NCBI GenBank assembly: GCA_013265495.1
Contig: MU058065.1
Location: forward strand, 2,209,003 to 2,273,002
DNA: 64,000 bases
Reading direction: 5' to 3'
Origin: Vicugna vicugna
Lineage: Eukaryota
A program made the position numbers and the translations under genes. Numbering within the stretch: position 1 is the first letter of the stretch; each line of letters starts with the position of its first letter. Positions 1 through 12,470 of the stretch are shown here, in pieces. The notes beneath the pieces were generated by a model. It was not told the DNA's origin and did no database searches. It was given only the letters and a program-made list of their open reading frames with translations.

Positions 1-99
1 TTTGAGGTGTCAGTAGGGATGTGATTCTCCGAGGTTTGGAATCCTCTTCCAAGCCCACTGGCTGTTACAGAATTGAATTCCTTGTGGTTGTGTGACTCT

Positions 100-783
100 A
101 TTTCTGGTCATGAATTGAGCACTAATTGTCCATGATGTGGCTTGGCAATAAAGATCTGCAAAATATAGCCAAATGATAGTCCTGTCTGATGGCTTATCAG
201 AAGCAAGGATCTGGGTGACTGTGGAGAGTCACCCAGACATGTTTGTCCTTTCAGGCATTGAATGTTTTCAATTATCTTTGAACATTTTTCACAAACTAAT
301 ATAATGAGATTGGCTGGTTGCTCCTAATTCTGATGAACAAAGTAAAGAAAGAGAAAGGTGAGCTCAGTGATTTGAATTCCCAGCTCTAGTGCCACGTAAA
401 TGACTTGAAACTTTTATATGTGCCCTGAACCTGCAGCTGCAGGGCTGAGATTGCTGGAAATCAACATCAGAGTGGATTTGTTATTCAAAACCCACTCAAC
501 CACACTGAGAAGGTCCAGAAGACATACCGTTCACCACTACTGTGAGAAATATTCACGTGGGGAGGTCCGGCATCCCTGAAGAATTCTGTGATCGCCCTTC
601 TCTGTAGGCCAGACTTTACAATGGGAACAGTGGACACTTAATTGGGAAACCTTAAATGCAGTGGGAGTAACTGGATCCTGGGATGGCAGGGGTCAAGTGC
701 CAGCACTCAAGTGACAGGGGCAAGGTGGAAGTGGTTACTGTGTTGACTGCAGACTAAAAGCAGCATTCAGAATAGTCTGACTC
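100..783 (+). mobile_element. ERV-L (HERV-L/MLT2-type) internal region, decayed gag fragments
   Basis: Broken translations match ERV-L gag motifs: GWLLLILMNKVKKEKGELSDLNSQL (~311), RAEIAGNQ (~441), EGPEDIPFTTTVRN and ASLKNSVIALLCRPD (~510-612). Stops and frameshifts present. Confidence 0.8.
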
Positions 784-1478
784 CTTACCATATGATCCAG
801 CAATCCCACTCCTGGATATACATCTGGAGGGAACTCTAATTCGAAGATACATACACAATAGTGTTCATAGCAACACTATTTATGATAGCCATGACATGGA
901 AGCAACCTACATGGCCATCAACAGATGACTGGATAAAGAAGTTGTGGTATATTTATACAATGGACTACTACTCAGCCATAAAAAAGAATAAAATAATGCC
1001 ATTTGCGGCAGCATGGATGGACCTGGAGATCATCATTCTAAGTGAAGTAAGCCAGAAAGAGAAAGAAAAAAAAATATGATATCACTCATATGTGGAATCT
1101 GAAAAAAAAAAAAGACTGAAATGAACTTATTTACAAAACAGAAACAGACTCACAGACATAGAAAACAAACTGCTTATGGCTACCAGTAGGGGAAGGGAGT
1201 GGGAAGGGATAAATCAGGAGTTCGAAATTTACAGATACTAACTACTATGTATAGAATAGATAAACAACAAGTTTATACTGTATAGCACAGGGAACTATAT
1301 TCAATATCTTGTAGTAACTTATGGTGAAAAAGAATATGAAAACTAATATAAATATGTTCATATATGACTGAAGCATTATGCTGTACACCAGAAATGGACA
1401 CAACACTGTAAATTGACTATACTTATATATAGATATATATAAAATATATTTATAATTATATATATATATATATAAAAA
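784..1478 (+). mobile_element. 5'-truncated L1 (cetartiodactyl/camelid type): ORF2 C-terminus, 3'UTR and AT-rich tail
   Basis: ORF 861-1079 ([41 protein letters not shown]...) is the L1 ORF2 C-terminus. The 3'UTR contains tatagcacagggaactatattcaatatcttgt. A (TA)n/A tail ends at 1478. Confidence 0.95.
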
Positions 1479-2414
1479 GTCCAGGAATCAAGAGGTGGAA
1501 ATGGGAGTGGCACCAGCCTCTATTACCCTTAGTGACCCACAAGCAAAATTTGTGCTTCTGTTCCTGTGACCTTATGCTCTGCTGGCTTAGAGGTCTTAGT
1601 TCCAAAGGGAAGAATGCTTCCACCTAGAGACACAACAATGATTTCACTGAACTGGAAGTTAAGACTGTCACCTGGTCACTTTGGGCTCCTCATGCTTCTG
1701 AATCATCAGGCGAAGAAGGGAGTTCCCTTGGCTCCAGAGATTGATTCTGAGTGCCAAGGGGAAATTGCACTGCAACTCCACAATGAAGGTGAGGAAGAGC
1801 GTGCCTGGAATACGGTTCTCTTAGGGCATCTCTTGGTATTACCATAACCTGTGTTAAGGTCAATGGAAAACTACAACAGCCTAATCTAGGCAGGACTACT
1901 AATGGTCCAGACCCTTCAGGAATGAAGGGCTGGGTCACCCTTCCAGGTAAAGAACCATGACCAGCTGAGGTGTTCGCTGATGGCAAAAGGAATATAGAAC
2001 GGATGGGGGAAGAAGGCAGCACCAATTCCAGCTCCCATCACACAACCAGTTACAGAACCAAGTACATAACTGTCATGTGTATTTTCTCCTTGCTTCATTA
2101 TGCATGTGTACGTGTGTATACATTAATATTTTCTTTGTTTTTCCCTCTCTTATTCCCTTAGCATGTAACATAAGATGTATTGACTCTGTATCATAATACT
2201 TAAGTATTGTTAATTTTACATCATAGTATTTAAATTACCAGATATCAAAGAGAAAGCAAACATCCCTCAAGGACTATACGTCTCCTTCTGGGGAAGGAGT
2301 TACTGTGTTTTTGGTTGTACACAAGATAGGGAGCATTATGACCTTGTTTTAATTTGGAGATTAAGTATGATTTAAAGAGATGTATATAGGTGTTAAGTTG
2401 ACAAGGGGTAGACT
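1479..2414 (+). mobile_element. ERV-L internal 3' region: end of integrase, dUTPase remnant and polypurine tract
   Basis: ORF 1566-1847 (LEVLVPKGRMLPPRDTTMISLNWKLRLSPGHFGLLM...QAKKGV...EIDSECQGEI) matches the ERV-L dUTPase domain. It continues as KVNGKLQQPN...GPDPSGMK. A PPT-like caaggggtagact lies just before the LTR. Confidence 0.9.
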
Positions 2415-2884
2415 TGTGATGGTTAATTTTATACATCACCTTGACCAGACCACAGGGTGCACATATATTTGGTCAAACATCATTCTGGGTGTGTGTGTGT
2501 GTGTGTGTATGTGTTTAGATGAGATTAATTTGAATTAGTAGACTGAGTAAAGTGGATTGCCCTCCTGCCTATGTGCACAGGCTACATCCCATCATTTAAA
2601 GGCCTAAATAGAACAAAAAGACTGAATAAAACAGAAATGCTTTTGCCTGATTGCCTTTGAGCTGAAACATAATTTAGTTCATGCCTTAAGGCTCAGACTG
2701 ACACATGAGTTCTTCCTGGGCCTCAAATCTGCTGACTCTCAGATTGAACTACACCACTGACTCTCATGAGTCTCTGGCCTGATGGCTGTAGATCTTGGGA
2801 CTTGTCAGCCTCCATAATCACATGAGGCAATTCCTTATAGTAAACTTCTTTCTATGAATATTGGTTCTGTTTCTCTGGATATAC
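2415..2884 (+). mobile_element. MLT2-type ERV-L 3' LTR
   Basis: Starts tgtgatggttaatttt...ccacagggtgc...atatttggtcaaacatcattctgggtgt and ends ttggttctgtttctctgga, typical MLT2B/D termini. Contains an internal (TG)n. Confidence 0.9.
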
Positions 2885-3019
2885 GTACTTATCATTGTAA
2901 TTACTAATAGACACACTTATCACTGTAATTTTCCAAATAAACTTGAGGAGAGTTTGGTCAAATTCTAGAACAAAATCTCATGGAACTGTTCCTTTACTTG
3001 CAGATGATGTGATGATATA

Positions 3020-3590
3020 TCAATGTATAGCATGCACAAAGTATACAAATCACAGGTGTACACTCGAAGTTTCATAAAATCGATACTTTTTCCCAACCAA
3101 TTAGCAAATCAAGAGCCCTTGACACTCCTTCTAGTCTTTATCCTCCCAAAGGTAGCCTCCATCCTGACTTCTAACACCAAAGGTTGGTTTTGCCTGCTTT
3201 TGAACTTTCTACAGATGGAGTCATACAGTGTGTGCTATTTTGTGTCTGGCTTATTTTACATAACATTATGTTTACAAAAGTCATCCATGTTATAATTTGT
3301 AGTTGTTGGTTCTCATTGCTGTATAATATTCCATTGTGTAAACCTACAATTTATTTTACATTCTGCTTGATCATTTCCAGATCTTAGTTATAACAAGTGG
3401 TGAAGCTACAATCAATCTTGAATATATGCTTTAGAGAACATATATCCATGGGATTTTAATTAGAATTTTTATGAACTGTGCATATAACTTTGGCAAGAAT
3501 TGAATACTTACCCTCTTTGATCCAGGAACTTGATAGCTCTCTCCATTTATTAAAAATTTAAGTCTCTTGCAGCAATGTTTCTTCTACAAT
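3020..3590 (-). mobile_element. Ancient L1M (L1ME-like) fragment(s)
   Basis: ttttgcctgcttttgaactt...atggagtcatacagtgtgtgctattttgtgtctggc...tattccattgt is the antisense 3' region of old L1. Confidence 0.7.
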
Positions 3591-4504
3591 CACCCAGTTT
3601 GATGTCAATTGACCCTGGTCAAAGAGATGGAAAAAGACAGGGGTAAGGAAATTCTGACCCCTCTTTTACTTAGTAGAATTGCACTATCTTGCCAAAACAC
3701 GGTTCTGGGCTGTTTCCCTCATATTCTGTCCTGAAAATAGACATTATGCCTTCTGTTTCCTTCATTCTTCATAAGTGTTCACTGAGCCCAGTCATTGGCT
3801 TTCACGATACACTCTTTGCTTTTATTCTTTGTTATGACTTGCTCATTCAGTTTTTTGTACATGACCTTTTAAAATGTACACTCACTGGGGGGCTCCCTGG
3901 GGGCCTCTGGGTTGTTTCAGAGACTTTTAGAAGTGCCCTTCCCTCTTGAGTCATACTCCTGCTTAGAATCTTTTCCTCGCATTTCAAAAACTATCTGCTT
4001 CAGTAAGATCTTGAACACGTCTTACTCTGTCTAGAATTCCTTTCAAACATTGAAATGGATCAAGAAATGCGAGAAACTGACCAGATGTCCTGCTTTAGGC
4101 AAACAAATTTGAAGCCTAGTGTCACGTTTATATCTGACTGTGAGCTGAGCTGGTTTTAAAAATCTTCATTAGGAAAATATCTTGGCTCTTAGCAGAAAAC
4201 CCAGCTATACTGTGCCTTCTGACCTATAGCTCTGTGGGATAAAAAAGGTGTTGTTATATGACAATTATATCTCATTTAAAAATATATATATATACATTAT
4301 TTAAATGTTTACATTTTTCCCAATTTAGAAAAAAAAAGAGAAAAACACATTATTTAAGTGTTTATGCTTTTCTTTCCATTCTCTGATACATAAGTGGGTG
4401 TCTCTCTCATGGTCTGATTAGGTATTTCCCTCACTTATTAAATATTTCCTTAGATGTAAAAATTCAGCCTGTACTCCTTCTGTGCGGGCTCAGTATAGGA
4501 CAGA

Positions 4505-4617
4505 ATGAAGAGATGATGGTGTATGAGAGGGAAGAGGAAAGAAAGATGACAGAGAAAAAAGACAACAAAAGGAAAAGGAAAGGAAAGAAGGAAGGAAGGA
4601 AGGGAGAAATGAGAGGA
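4505..4617 (+). repeat. Purine-rich (GA/GGAA) low-complexity tract
   Basis: gaagaggaaagaaag...ggaaaaggaaaggaaagaaggaaggaaggaaggg seen directly. Confidence 0.8.
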
Positions 4618-5137
4618 GTGTTCTGGTTTCCTGCAGCTCCATAACAAATCACTAATACTTGAGACTTGAAACAACAGTTATTCTGTTATCTCAAAATTCT
4701 GTGGCTTGACTGGCTTTGGTGGGCAGCTCTCCAGCTCCACATGACACTGGCTAGGGCTGCAAATGTCTAGGAACTTGACTGTGCTGGGAAGTCCAAGATG
4801 GAGCTGACCTGTCACCATGCCAACTGCTGTCTGGGAGCTCAGCTGGGGCTCCAGATTGCAGCCTCATAATTCTTCTCTGTGTGATGTCTCCACATGCCTT
4901 GGTCTCCTCACAGCATGGCTGCTGGGTTTCAAGAAGCAGGAAGCAGAAATGGTCCACCTTCTTTAGGTCTGGGCACAACAGTCCAATGATACCATGTTCC
5001 CTACATTCTTGTCAGAGCCAATCATAAGAAAAGCTCCAATTCAAGTGGAGAGGAAATAGGCTCTTGATATGAGAAGAGATATACATGTATAGATTGGGGA
5101 AGAATTTTTGTGAGCCATATTTGGAGACTCACTACTG
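4618..5137 (-). mobile_element. MaLR LTR (MLT1G/H-like)
   Basis: gctccataacaaatcac...gacttgaaacaacag...ctctgtgtgatgtctccacatg...cagcatggctgctggg is the antisense MLT1 pattern. Confidence 0.75.
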
Positions 5138-5179
5138 TTAGAAGCAAGAGAGAAGTACATACACCACCACCACCACCAC

Positions 5180-6092
5180 AGGGATCTTCCTAAAACTTAG
5201 GTCAGATCATGTAACTCCTCCACTCACAGTCTTACAATCATCTCCAAAGTGGTACACAACCAACTCCAAACCTCAAACCTCTTCTAAACCCAACTTCTTT
5301 TCCTCTCTCCCTGGCTCATTGCGCTCCAGACACAGTGGTCATCCAGCTGTTTCTCAGATTCCCCAAATACTTTCTTATCTTGGAGACGTTGCCTTTGCTC
5401 TTTGTCTGCTGGAACACACTCTCCAGTTATCCAAGAGTTTTCTTCCCTCACTTCTTATATCTCTCAGATCAAATGTCAGGGAAATTTGCCCAACCAGCCT
5501 ATACAAAATAGCACCCTCCATCATCCCACCACTATGACTGAATTGTGTTTCCTCAACATTCACCTGTTGAAGCCTTCACCCCAAATATGACTATATTTGG
5601 GAAAGGAAATTATGTTAAATGAGGTCATAAGGATGGAGACCAAATCCAATTTGTGTCCTTATAAGCACTCTCCCTTTCTGTACCATGTGAGGACATACCA
5701 AGAAGGTGGCTGCCTGCAAACCAGGAAGAGAGTCTTCAACAGGAATTAAATCTGCCTGTACCCTGACCTTGGACTTCTCAGCTTCCAAAACTGTGAGAAA
5801 TGTCTGTTGTTTAAGCCACGCAGCTTACAGTATGCATTATGGCAGCCCAAACTGATTAAGATACCCACCTACACCCTCTGCCCACCTACCCTACCCAGTT
5901 TTTCTTCAAAGCCCTTTATTACTACCTCGAAATTGTACATTTATTTGTTATTTGTGTGTTATCAGTCTCACTTCACCAGAATCTATGCTCCATGGGGAAA
6001 AACTTTGTTATAATCATTGCCCTCTCTCTAATATCTAAAAGAGAGCTGCACAAAGGGGCTATTGATAAATATTTGCTGAAAGGTTTGAATGA
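5180..6092 (+). mobile_element. L2 3' region, split by an MLT1A insertion
   Basis: gatcttcctaaaac...tcagatcatgtaactcctc, gcgctccagacacag and the L2 terminus ataaatatttgctgaa...gaatgaa. Confidence 0.75.
5530..5863 (+). mobile_element. MaLR LTR (MLT1A-like) with 5-bp TSD CCCAC
   Basis: Runs (ca)ctatgactgaattgtgt...ttgaagcc...ttgtttaagccac...tatggcagcccaaactgattaagata. CCCAC at 5525-5529 and 5864-5868. Confidence 0.88.
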
Positions 6093-7158
6093 AACAGTAA
6101 ATAGGAATTTTTTTAACATTGATAAAGGTGGAAATAGCATTGTTTCTTCACCAGCTGAAAGCATAACTTTGCCCCCACCCCACCTTTCCTAGCAAAGACA
6201 GTACATGTTTTCAGAAGGTAACACAGATGAAATACTGCCAGGACAACACCTTATTTAAACCCTATGAGAAAAGAGTGGAACAGGAAACAAAATGTGTGGT
6301 GATGGTAGGTGATTTTGGACAGTGCATAGCCTAGAATCTCGAATATGATGGACATATTTCTTTTTCATACCTGTTCTTATCTGTGCAGTGTATTTGAGGG
6401 TCTCTCACCTGCAGAAACCTGTTAGTGTAGCATGAGTTAGATAGACCTGTCCACTGGGAAAAAGTGGTTCAGTTCATTACAAACCATGATGTGTGTTTGA
6501 ATTTGCACTAAAGGTATATCTCAGAGCATCTTCTAAGAGCTCTGGGCCATTGTTTCCATAGCACGCTTGTTGATGGTGCCCACTGAGACATTGCGTCATG
6601 AGTCTGTGCTGGAATATTTAGATGCCAGAACATTAACCCTTTATGGGAGAGCATCACTAACTCATAAACACCCGGGGATAAGTCTGCAACAGCTTCTGGG
6701 AGAGGAGAAGTGGGAAGCAGCGATGACACCTGCTCCTTGGGCTTTGTGACTCTCATGTCTGTGACAATTGATTAAATTCAGACCACTCAATCTCTCTGGT
6801 CAACAGCTAAATAAAGCAGCTGATGGTGCAGTCCTAGTTTACCCACCGGGAAACTGATACTGAATAAATTGTTTAAGGTCAGGTCACAGAAAGAATTAAA
6901 GAGGAATCAAGATGAGGAGCTGAGGAATTCAAACTCATGGTCTGTTTTTCAGTGCCACTCTAGATAATTCCACAGCAAGAAGATAAAAGCGACCACCTAG
7001 GAGGTCACATTAAGGGGCCCATTTCTGGCTTCCAAACCTGAATATCCAGCTCAATTTTTCAATTGTTAAGCCATTTCTCTGAAGATGCACCATGAACCCC
7101 TGAAAGAAACCCGAGACCAAAGGAAGTAGGTCCACAGAAATAAATTTGACAGGCACCC

Positions 7159-7586
7159 TGTATTAATTTCATAGGACTGTCATAACGAATTACCACAGAC
7201 TTCACGTTTAAAACACACATTAATTCTCTCACAGTTCTGGGGTCCAGAAGTCTGAAATCAATGAGGTAAGTTCTTTCTGGAGGCTCTGAGGGAGAATCCA
7301 TCCTGTATCTCTCTCCTAGCTTCTCGTGGCTCTGGGACTCCTGGATATTGCTTGGCTTATGGACAGATCACTCCAATATCTGCCCCGTCTTCATATGGCT
7401 TTCCCCTCTGGGTCCCTCTGTGTCTTTTTCTTTTCTGTCTCTTATAGAGACACTCATCATTGGGTTTATTGACCTTCTCTGGAGAGCCTTACCTTAATTA
7501 CATCCACAAATAAGATGACATTCCGAGGTCTCAGGGGTTAGGACTTAAACATATCTTTTGGTTGGGACACTATTCAACCCACTATA
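7159..7586 (-). mobile_element. MaLR LTR (MLT1B/C-like)
   Basis: Runs tgtattaatttc...taccacagac...tctcacagttctggggtccagaagtctgaaatca...gacactattcaacccactata. Flanks are caccc and cactc. Confidence 0.88.
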
Positions 7587-7879
7587 CACTCTTAACCCAA
7601 GCTCTCAGCAGACTGTTGGTCACTTAGGCACAAATGTTTGCATTGCTAGGTTTTAAAGCACAGATAGGATGGATGGCACTGAGCCCTTTCTAATCCGCAA
7701 TGCCCTTCCTCTCTCTAAAGCCCTATTTCATTCTTTCTTCAAGTCACTTCTCAATTTACATCTCCCCAAATGAAAACTAATAACTTCTATATTCCAACCC
7801 GTCCCTCCCTAAAACCCATTTGTTCTGCAGACTTCTCCATCTCTACAAATTCGTATCTGGTGACAAAGTATGTTGCAAA

Positions 7880-8075
7880 GCAAATGAGCTTCCAATCCTG
7901 ACCCTGTCACTTATAGCTTTGTCATGACGAGCTATACCTTGGACAAGGTACCCACCTTCTCTGAGGTTGGTCTCCTAATCTATAATATAAGGGTCACAAG
8001 AAGAATGAATGATATTGTCTATAAAGCACCCAGTTTGATGCTTGCTCATCTACAGCAAGGACTCAGCCAACACTA
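7880..8075 (+). mobile_element. MIR SINE
   Basis: aatcctgaccctgtcacttatag...ccttggacaaggtacc...ttctctgag...tataaagcaccc. Confidence 0.65.
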
Positions 8076-9879
8076 GCCATTGTCCTTCCAGGGAAGAACA
8101 CACACATTTCGTCTGTGATACTGAGTGCCTTCTCTAGTAACAGGCTTTGTGGGAGTTTTTCTGAGGCCAGAAGAGAAACATCATTTGCCCTTAGAGAACT
8201 AACGTACAGATTTTTGTATATTCTGATATTCTTAGAGGAAGATTTGGTGATGCTCTTGAATCAGAATACCCCCTGCCTGGTTCATGGCTCTTTCTGGGTC
8301 CAGGAAGGCATTTACTTCCACCAGTACTGATGATGGGCATTTATACTAATTCAAAACTTCTTCCAAAGAGAAATTACCTTTCAATAACAACATTTTCTCT
8401 CCTGAAAACCTGCATTCAGTAGCTGCTTTTACTAAACTAAAAAGCCCATCTTTTCCTAATTTTCCATCTGATTACTAATTTTCAACAATTCAGTCACTTT
8501 TTAGCCACCTTCTCATGTTCTAAGTTGGGGGTGTTTTGATTTGGCCAGCAAATTCTAAAGGTCTCGCCTAACCACGGCCAATTCCCTCTTAGCTGTACTG
8601 TCAAGTGAAAAATCACTGCTTGTGACCCCCTTTGAGTTTCCCTGGTGCAATGAGACCGCTGCTTAAAATGATGCTCCAGAAGCATTGCCAGGCTCCTCTC
8701 GTGTCTTTTGAATCATTAAAAGAATCAATAATGATTAGTCAAGTTTGGATGCCATATACATTTCCCTGCCAATTTCATGGAAATGGCAAATCTGCATATT
8801 TTCTGGAAGATAAAGCCCATGGACTATAACCATGAATCATAAATCACAATGTTGATAAGCCAATTACTATGTTCCCCTAATCTCCCTAGATAGCCGAATG
8901 CCACTATTTTCTAGGATCATTCTAGCTGCTATTACTTAAATCTTGCCTCCTCTTTTAAGGTCAAGACAGGGGTTGCACACTGATATCTTGTGTAACTAAT
9001 GCAATCCTCAAATGAGTATTGCTTGGAAGACATAGTATTAAAACATTTTCCTTTTTTCGCTTTTAGGGGTCCCCAATTCAACATGGTTCCTACCACTCTC
9101 CTTTGCATTTTTACCCATTTATGTCACTGCCTGAAGGCATCAGAACTGATGAGTCCTGGAGACATGTGGCAATTTCTCTGGACGATGCTCAGTAGCATTG
9201 GCTAATAGGTCCACTTAGAGTTACTAATGACTCCTAGTCTGCTAGGCACACCCATGCAGAGCTGGCTTGGTCATCCTGACGCATGGATTCATATTTCAAG
9301 TTTACTCAGACAGTTAATTGTCAGATTATTTGATTCCAAGAACCACATGCTAAATCTCATAGAGTTATGGCACGTCGGTATTGCCTAAGTCGTGCTGTAA
9401 AAACACCAGAAGCAATCTGCTCGAAATTTTCCCTCAGTAGAATATTTATTTTTTATTTAGCATCTTAAACAAAATCTAAGCTGGCCCAATAAAGCCCAGA
9501 ACAAAGTGAAAAATGTACCCAGGGGCTTGAGTTCATGCAGTAGAGTAAGCTTCCAACAGATCAGTCTTTCCCACGTGGAAATGTTAATCTACTCAGGCTG
9601 GTGAGTATTCCACAGAACAAGGGTTCCATGGTCAAATATATTGGGCAAACCCTCTGGTAAATTTTTTTTTTTAACCGTAGGATCTGTGTTGTTAGCATAC
9701 TTCAGGAAGAGCTACAATACATGTTATTTCCTCAATTCATTTGTCCAGCAAAATCTGTGCACAGAACATCTGCTCACCAGTATTCCAAGGCACATACTTT
9801 TTAAAAGGCCAATGTAGACTGGTGGGCAGAGTTTGTGACAAATGCTTAATACTTCCACATCATCCTGGTGACCGAGCCA

Positions 9880-9972
9880 CCTCTAAAAACTATAAGACCT
9901 TTATGAGACCTTGAGCAAGTCTCACAACTCCTGTGAGTCACCCTTTCTTCATCTGGAAAGTGAACAGGTTAA
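9880..9972 (+). mobile_element. MIR core fragment
   Basis: gagaccttgagcaagtctcacaactcctgtgagtc...ttcttcatctggaaagtg. Confidence 0.6.
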
Positions 9973-11089
9973 GTTCTCTTCCAGCTTGAATAGTTTCTGA
10001 TTTGCCCTAGGACTTTATGATAGAGTATTTGGTCGTTTTCACTAAATGACCAACGTGGATTAAAAAAAAAAAAGGAGTGCTCTTCTATAAAACAGAGTTC
10101 CAGGACTTCCCAGCCCCACCTGGCTTTGCAGAAATACATTTTGGATTCCAAGGCTAACCAGTTATTACTTCCCCAGAGACTCACTGCCTTTTTCCCTGAG
10201 TGGCATTCCAAGCCTTTGAGTGTTAAGATCACTAAAAAATGTCTGCTGATGGCTGCTTCAGCAATCCAAGAATTTTTTAAGGAATTGTTTCTAGAACCCT
10301 TATTCATCTGAGTAAGGAAACTGAGAGAGGCTAAAGGATTTTATTATTCAGTTCCTTAAACTTGAGAGAAGTAGGTCTGAAGTTAGTGCCCCTCCAGTGT
10401 TTCCAGTTTATCCGTAGGTTGGGTTTTCCTTCTTCACTGCAGTGAAGGATGGAAAAGGAGGTCAACGGGCCCATCGCCTCTCCCTCTGGGTCTTCACTTC
10501 CTGGGGTTTAAATCTAATGACTCATCTTCAGGCTTAAGTGGCTTGGCAACAACCCTGCTATTTTCAACACTGATTTGTCTTTTGATGGTTCAGGAAGAAG
10601 CAGAAGCAGTTTGTGCAAGTCCCAAACACAGGCCACCAACCTTTCCAACTTATGGCTCTTCTTTCTAAATCCAAAAAGTAGAAACAAATATTTCTGCTTG
10701 TTTCTCAAAGAAAGAGAAAAAATAGGTTTTTCTAGTTATGGATGAGAACAGAGCTTTGTCTGAAAATAATACCTCTAATTAGGTAATAAGGTTGTAACAA
10801 AGCACATTCAAAAGGAAAATTAATTCCCATTAAGCAATTCATTCTTAGCACTGTTTGTTCTTATCACAGATGCAAACATATGCTTTGACTTTTCTTCCGG
10901 ATGATAATCTGTACTTCAGGAACTGAAAGTCTTCAGTTACAAATTTGAGTGAGTCCAGGATAACTACCTAACTGTCCTACATGAGAAATTGCCAATGTTT
11001 GGTGGTGGATGGAACACATACATGAATTTATTTCTAATTTGTCTAGCAGGGGTCAGTGAAATTGAAAAAAAATCATATTTTTTGGAAGT

Positions 11090-11610
11090 CATATCAGTCC
11101 ATATCTATTGATTGCCAGAGATGGAATTCCAACTCAAACTAGCACTTCAGCCAAAAGACGTGGTGCCTGGGAGGTCTGAGATGTGCATCCTGCTCCAAAT
11201 GTAGTGAGAGCTGGGGCTCCATCTGTAATGCCTGAGCTCTCTCTCCATCTCTTCACTCACCTTTGCTGGGTTTTAATCTCAGGCTCTTCTCCATCTGACA
11301 GCAAGAATCTGTTCATAGCCCCAAGTACACTTTTTCCTTGCATCTCCTGATTCTAGAAGAAAAAAGAGACTCTCTTCCAGCTTTCCCAGTGTCAAATCTC
11401 ATGAAAAGGCTCTGGTGGACCTTGCTTGAGTCACATGCTCATGGCTGAACCTGTCAGAAGGATGGGCTACTCTGATTGGCTGATCTGAGGTCACATGCCC
11501 ACCCTAGAGTCAAGGCAACAGGGCTGATGTCCTACCACCATGGTGGGAGGGGTAGTTTTCCAAAAGAAGAGAGGCTGGCAGGCACACACAAGGGAATGGC
11601 TAGTACAAAA
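11090..11610 (-). mobile_element. Old MaLR LTR (MLT1J/K-like)
   Basis: ttccaactcaaactagc...ctctgattggctgatctgaggtcacatgcccacc...ggtagttttccaaaag. Confidence 0.65.
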
Positions 11611-12159
11611 GACACTCACTTACTGACAACCACAGCACTCCAGAAATGAAGGGAGCCTCAGAGTTCAGCTAGCCTCCTCCTCCTACCCAAGACACTGCTG
11701 AGGACCCCTCACAGTTGCGATAACCCACACCCCATTTGCAAAATGTCTGTCTCAACTAACACCCTCTGTGAGATGCCTGCTGATAGGAGACTTGAGACCC
11801 AGACACTAAAAAATGTGATAAGAATGAAAAGAAAGTTAGTGAGGCAAAGTGCCTAGAATTCAAAGAAAACATTTTTTTAATTTACCTATTGAAAAGTTCC
11901 ATTTCATTTGGACTTCAGGAATTTCTTTCTCCCCCTACTTTAGTTTTCAATTGCTTAAAATAACATTAAAGAAAATATTTCAAAAAGACTGTCTTCCTTC
12001 CAATGTCCCCAGCCCGGGAACTAGTCAACTGGTATGAGAACCATAAGTCACCTGAGCAGTGAAGGCTCAGTGCCTGGAAACATCTAAGTAGAATCAATGA
12101 TTCATGGTTTATTCTTGAAATTCTTCCTAAAATTCTTAAAATTCTGAGTCATGGTTTTC

Positions 12160-12470
12160 ACACTTCCTACCTCCCTGCCTGGAACATCCCTCTCCCTGTC
12201 CACATGGCTGGCCTTTTCTCTCCTTCCTTTTCACCTCCACAGAAAAGCTCTCCTGCCTGATTTATAAGAACAGATCACTCAACTGATTCTCCATCACAGA
12301 GCATCATTTCTTCCCTCGTGGAGCTAATCACACTTGATCACAGGTCTATTTATTCATTTGCCTGTTTCCTGTTGATCCTAGATTGTAAGACCCATGAAGG
12401 CAGGGGCATGCTTGACTTGCTAACACCCATCCAGCAACTAGCATAACGCCTGGCACCTTGTAGAGAATGA
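12160..12470 (+). mobile_element. L2 3' end
   Basis: ctccctgcctggaacatccc...ctagattgtaagacccatgaaggcagggg...gcctggcac. Confidence 0.75.

Noticed and set aside
861..1079. ORFs with clear protein similarity (861-1079, 20659-20949, 21004-21249, 22612-22800, 63532-63717) as genes
   Set aside because: All are L1 ORF2 C-terminal fragments in truncated elements.
9540..9810. Possible hAT-Charlie DNA transposon remnant
   Set aside because: Only vague terminal resemblance (cagtctttccca...cacatacttt), too degraded to name.
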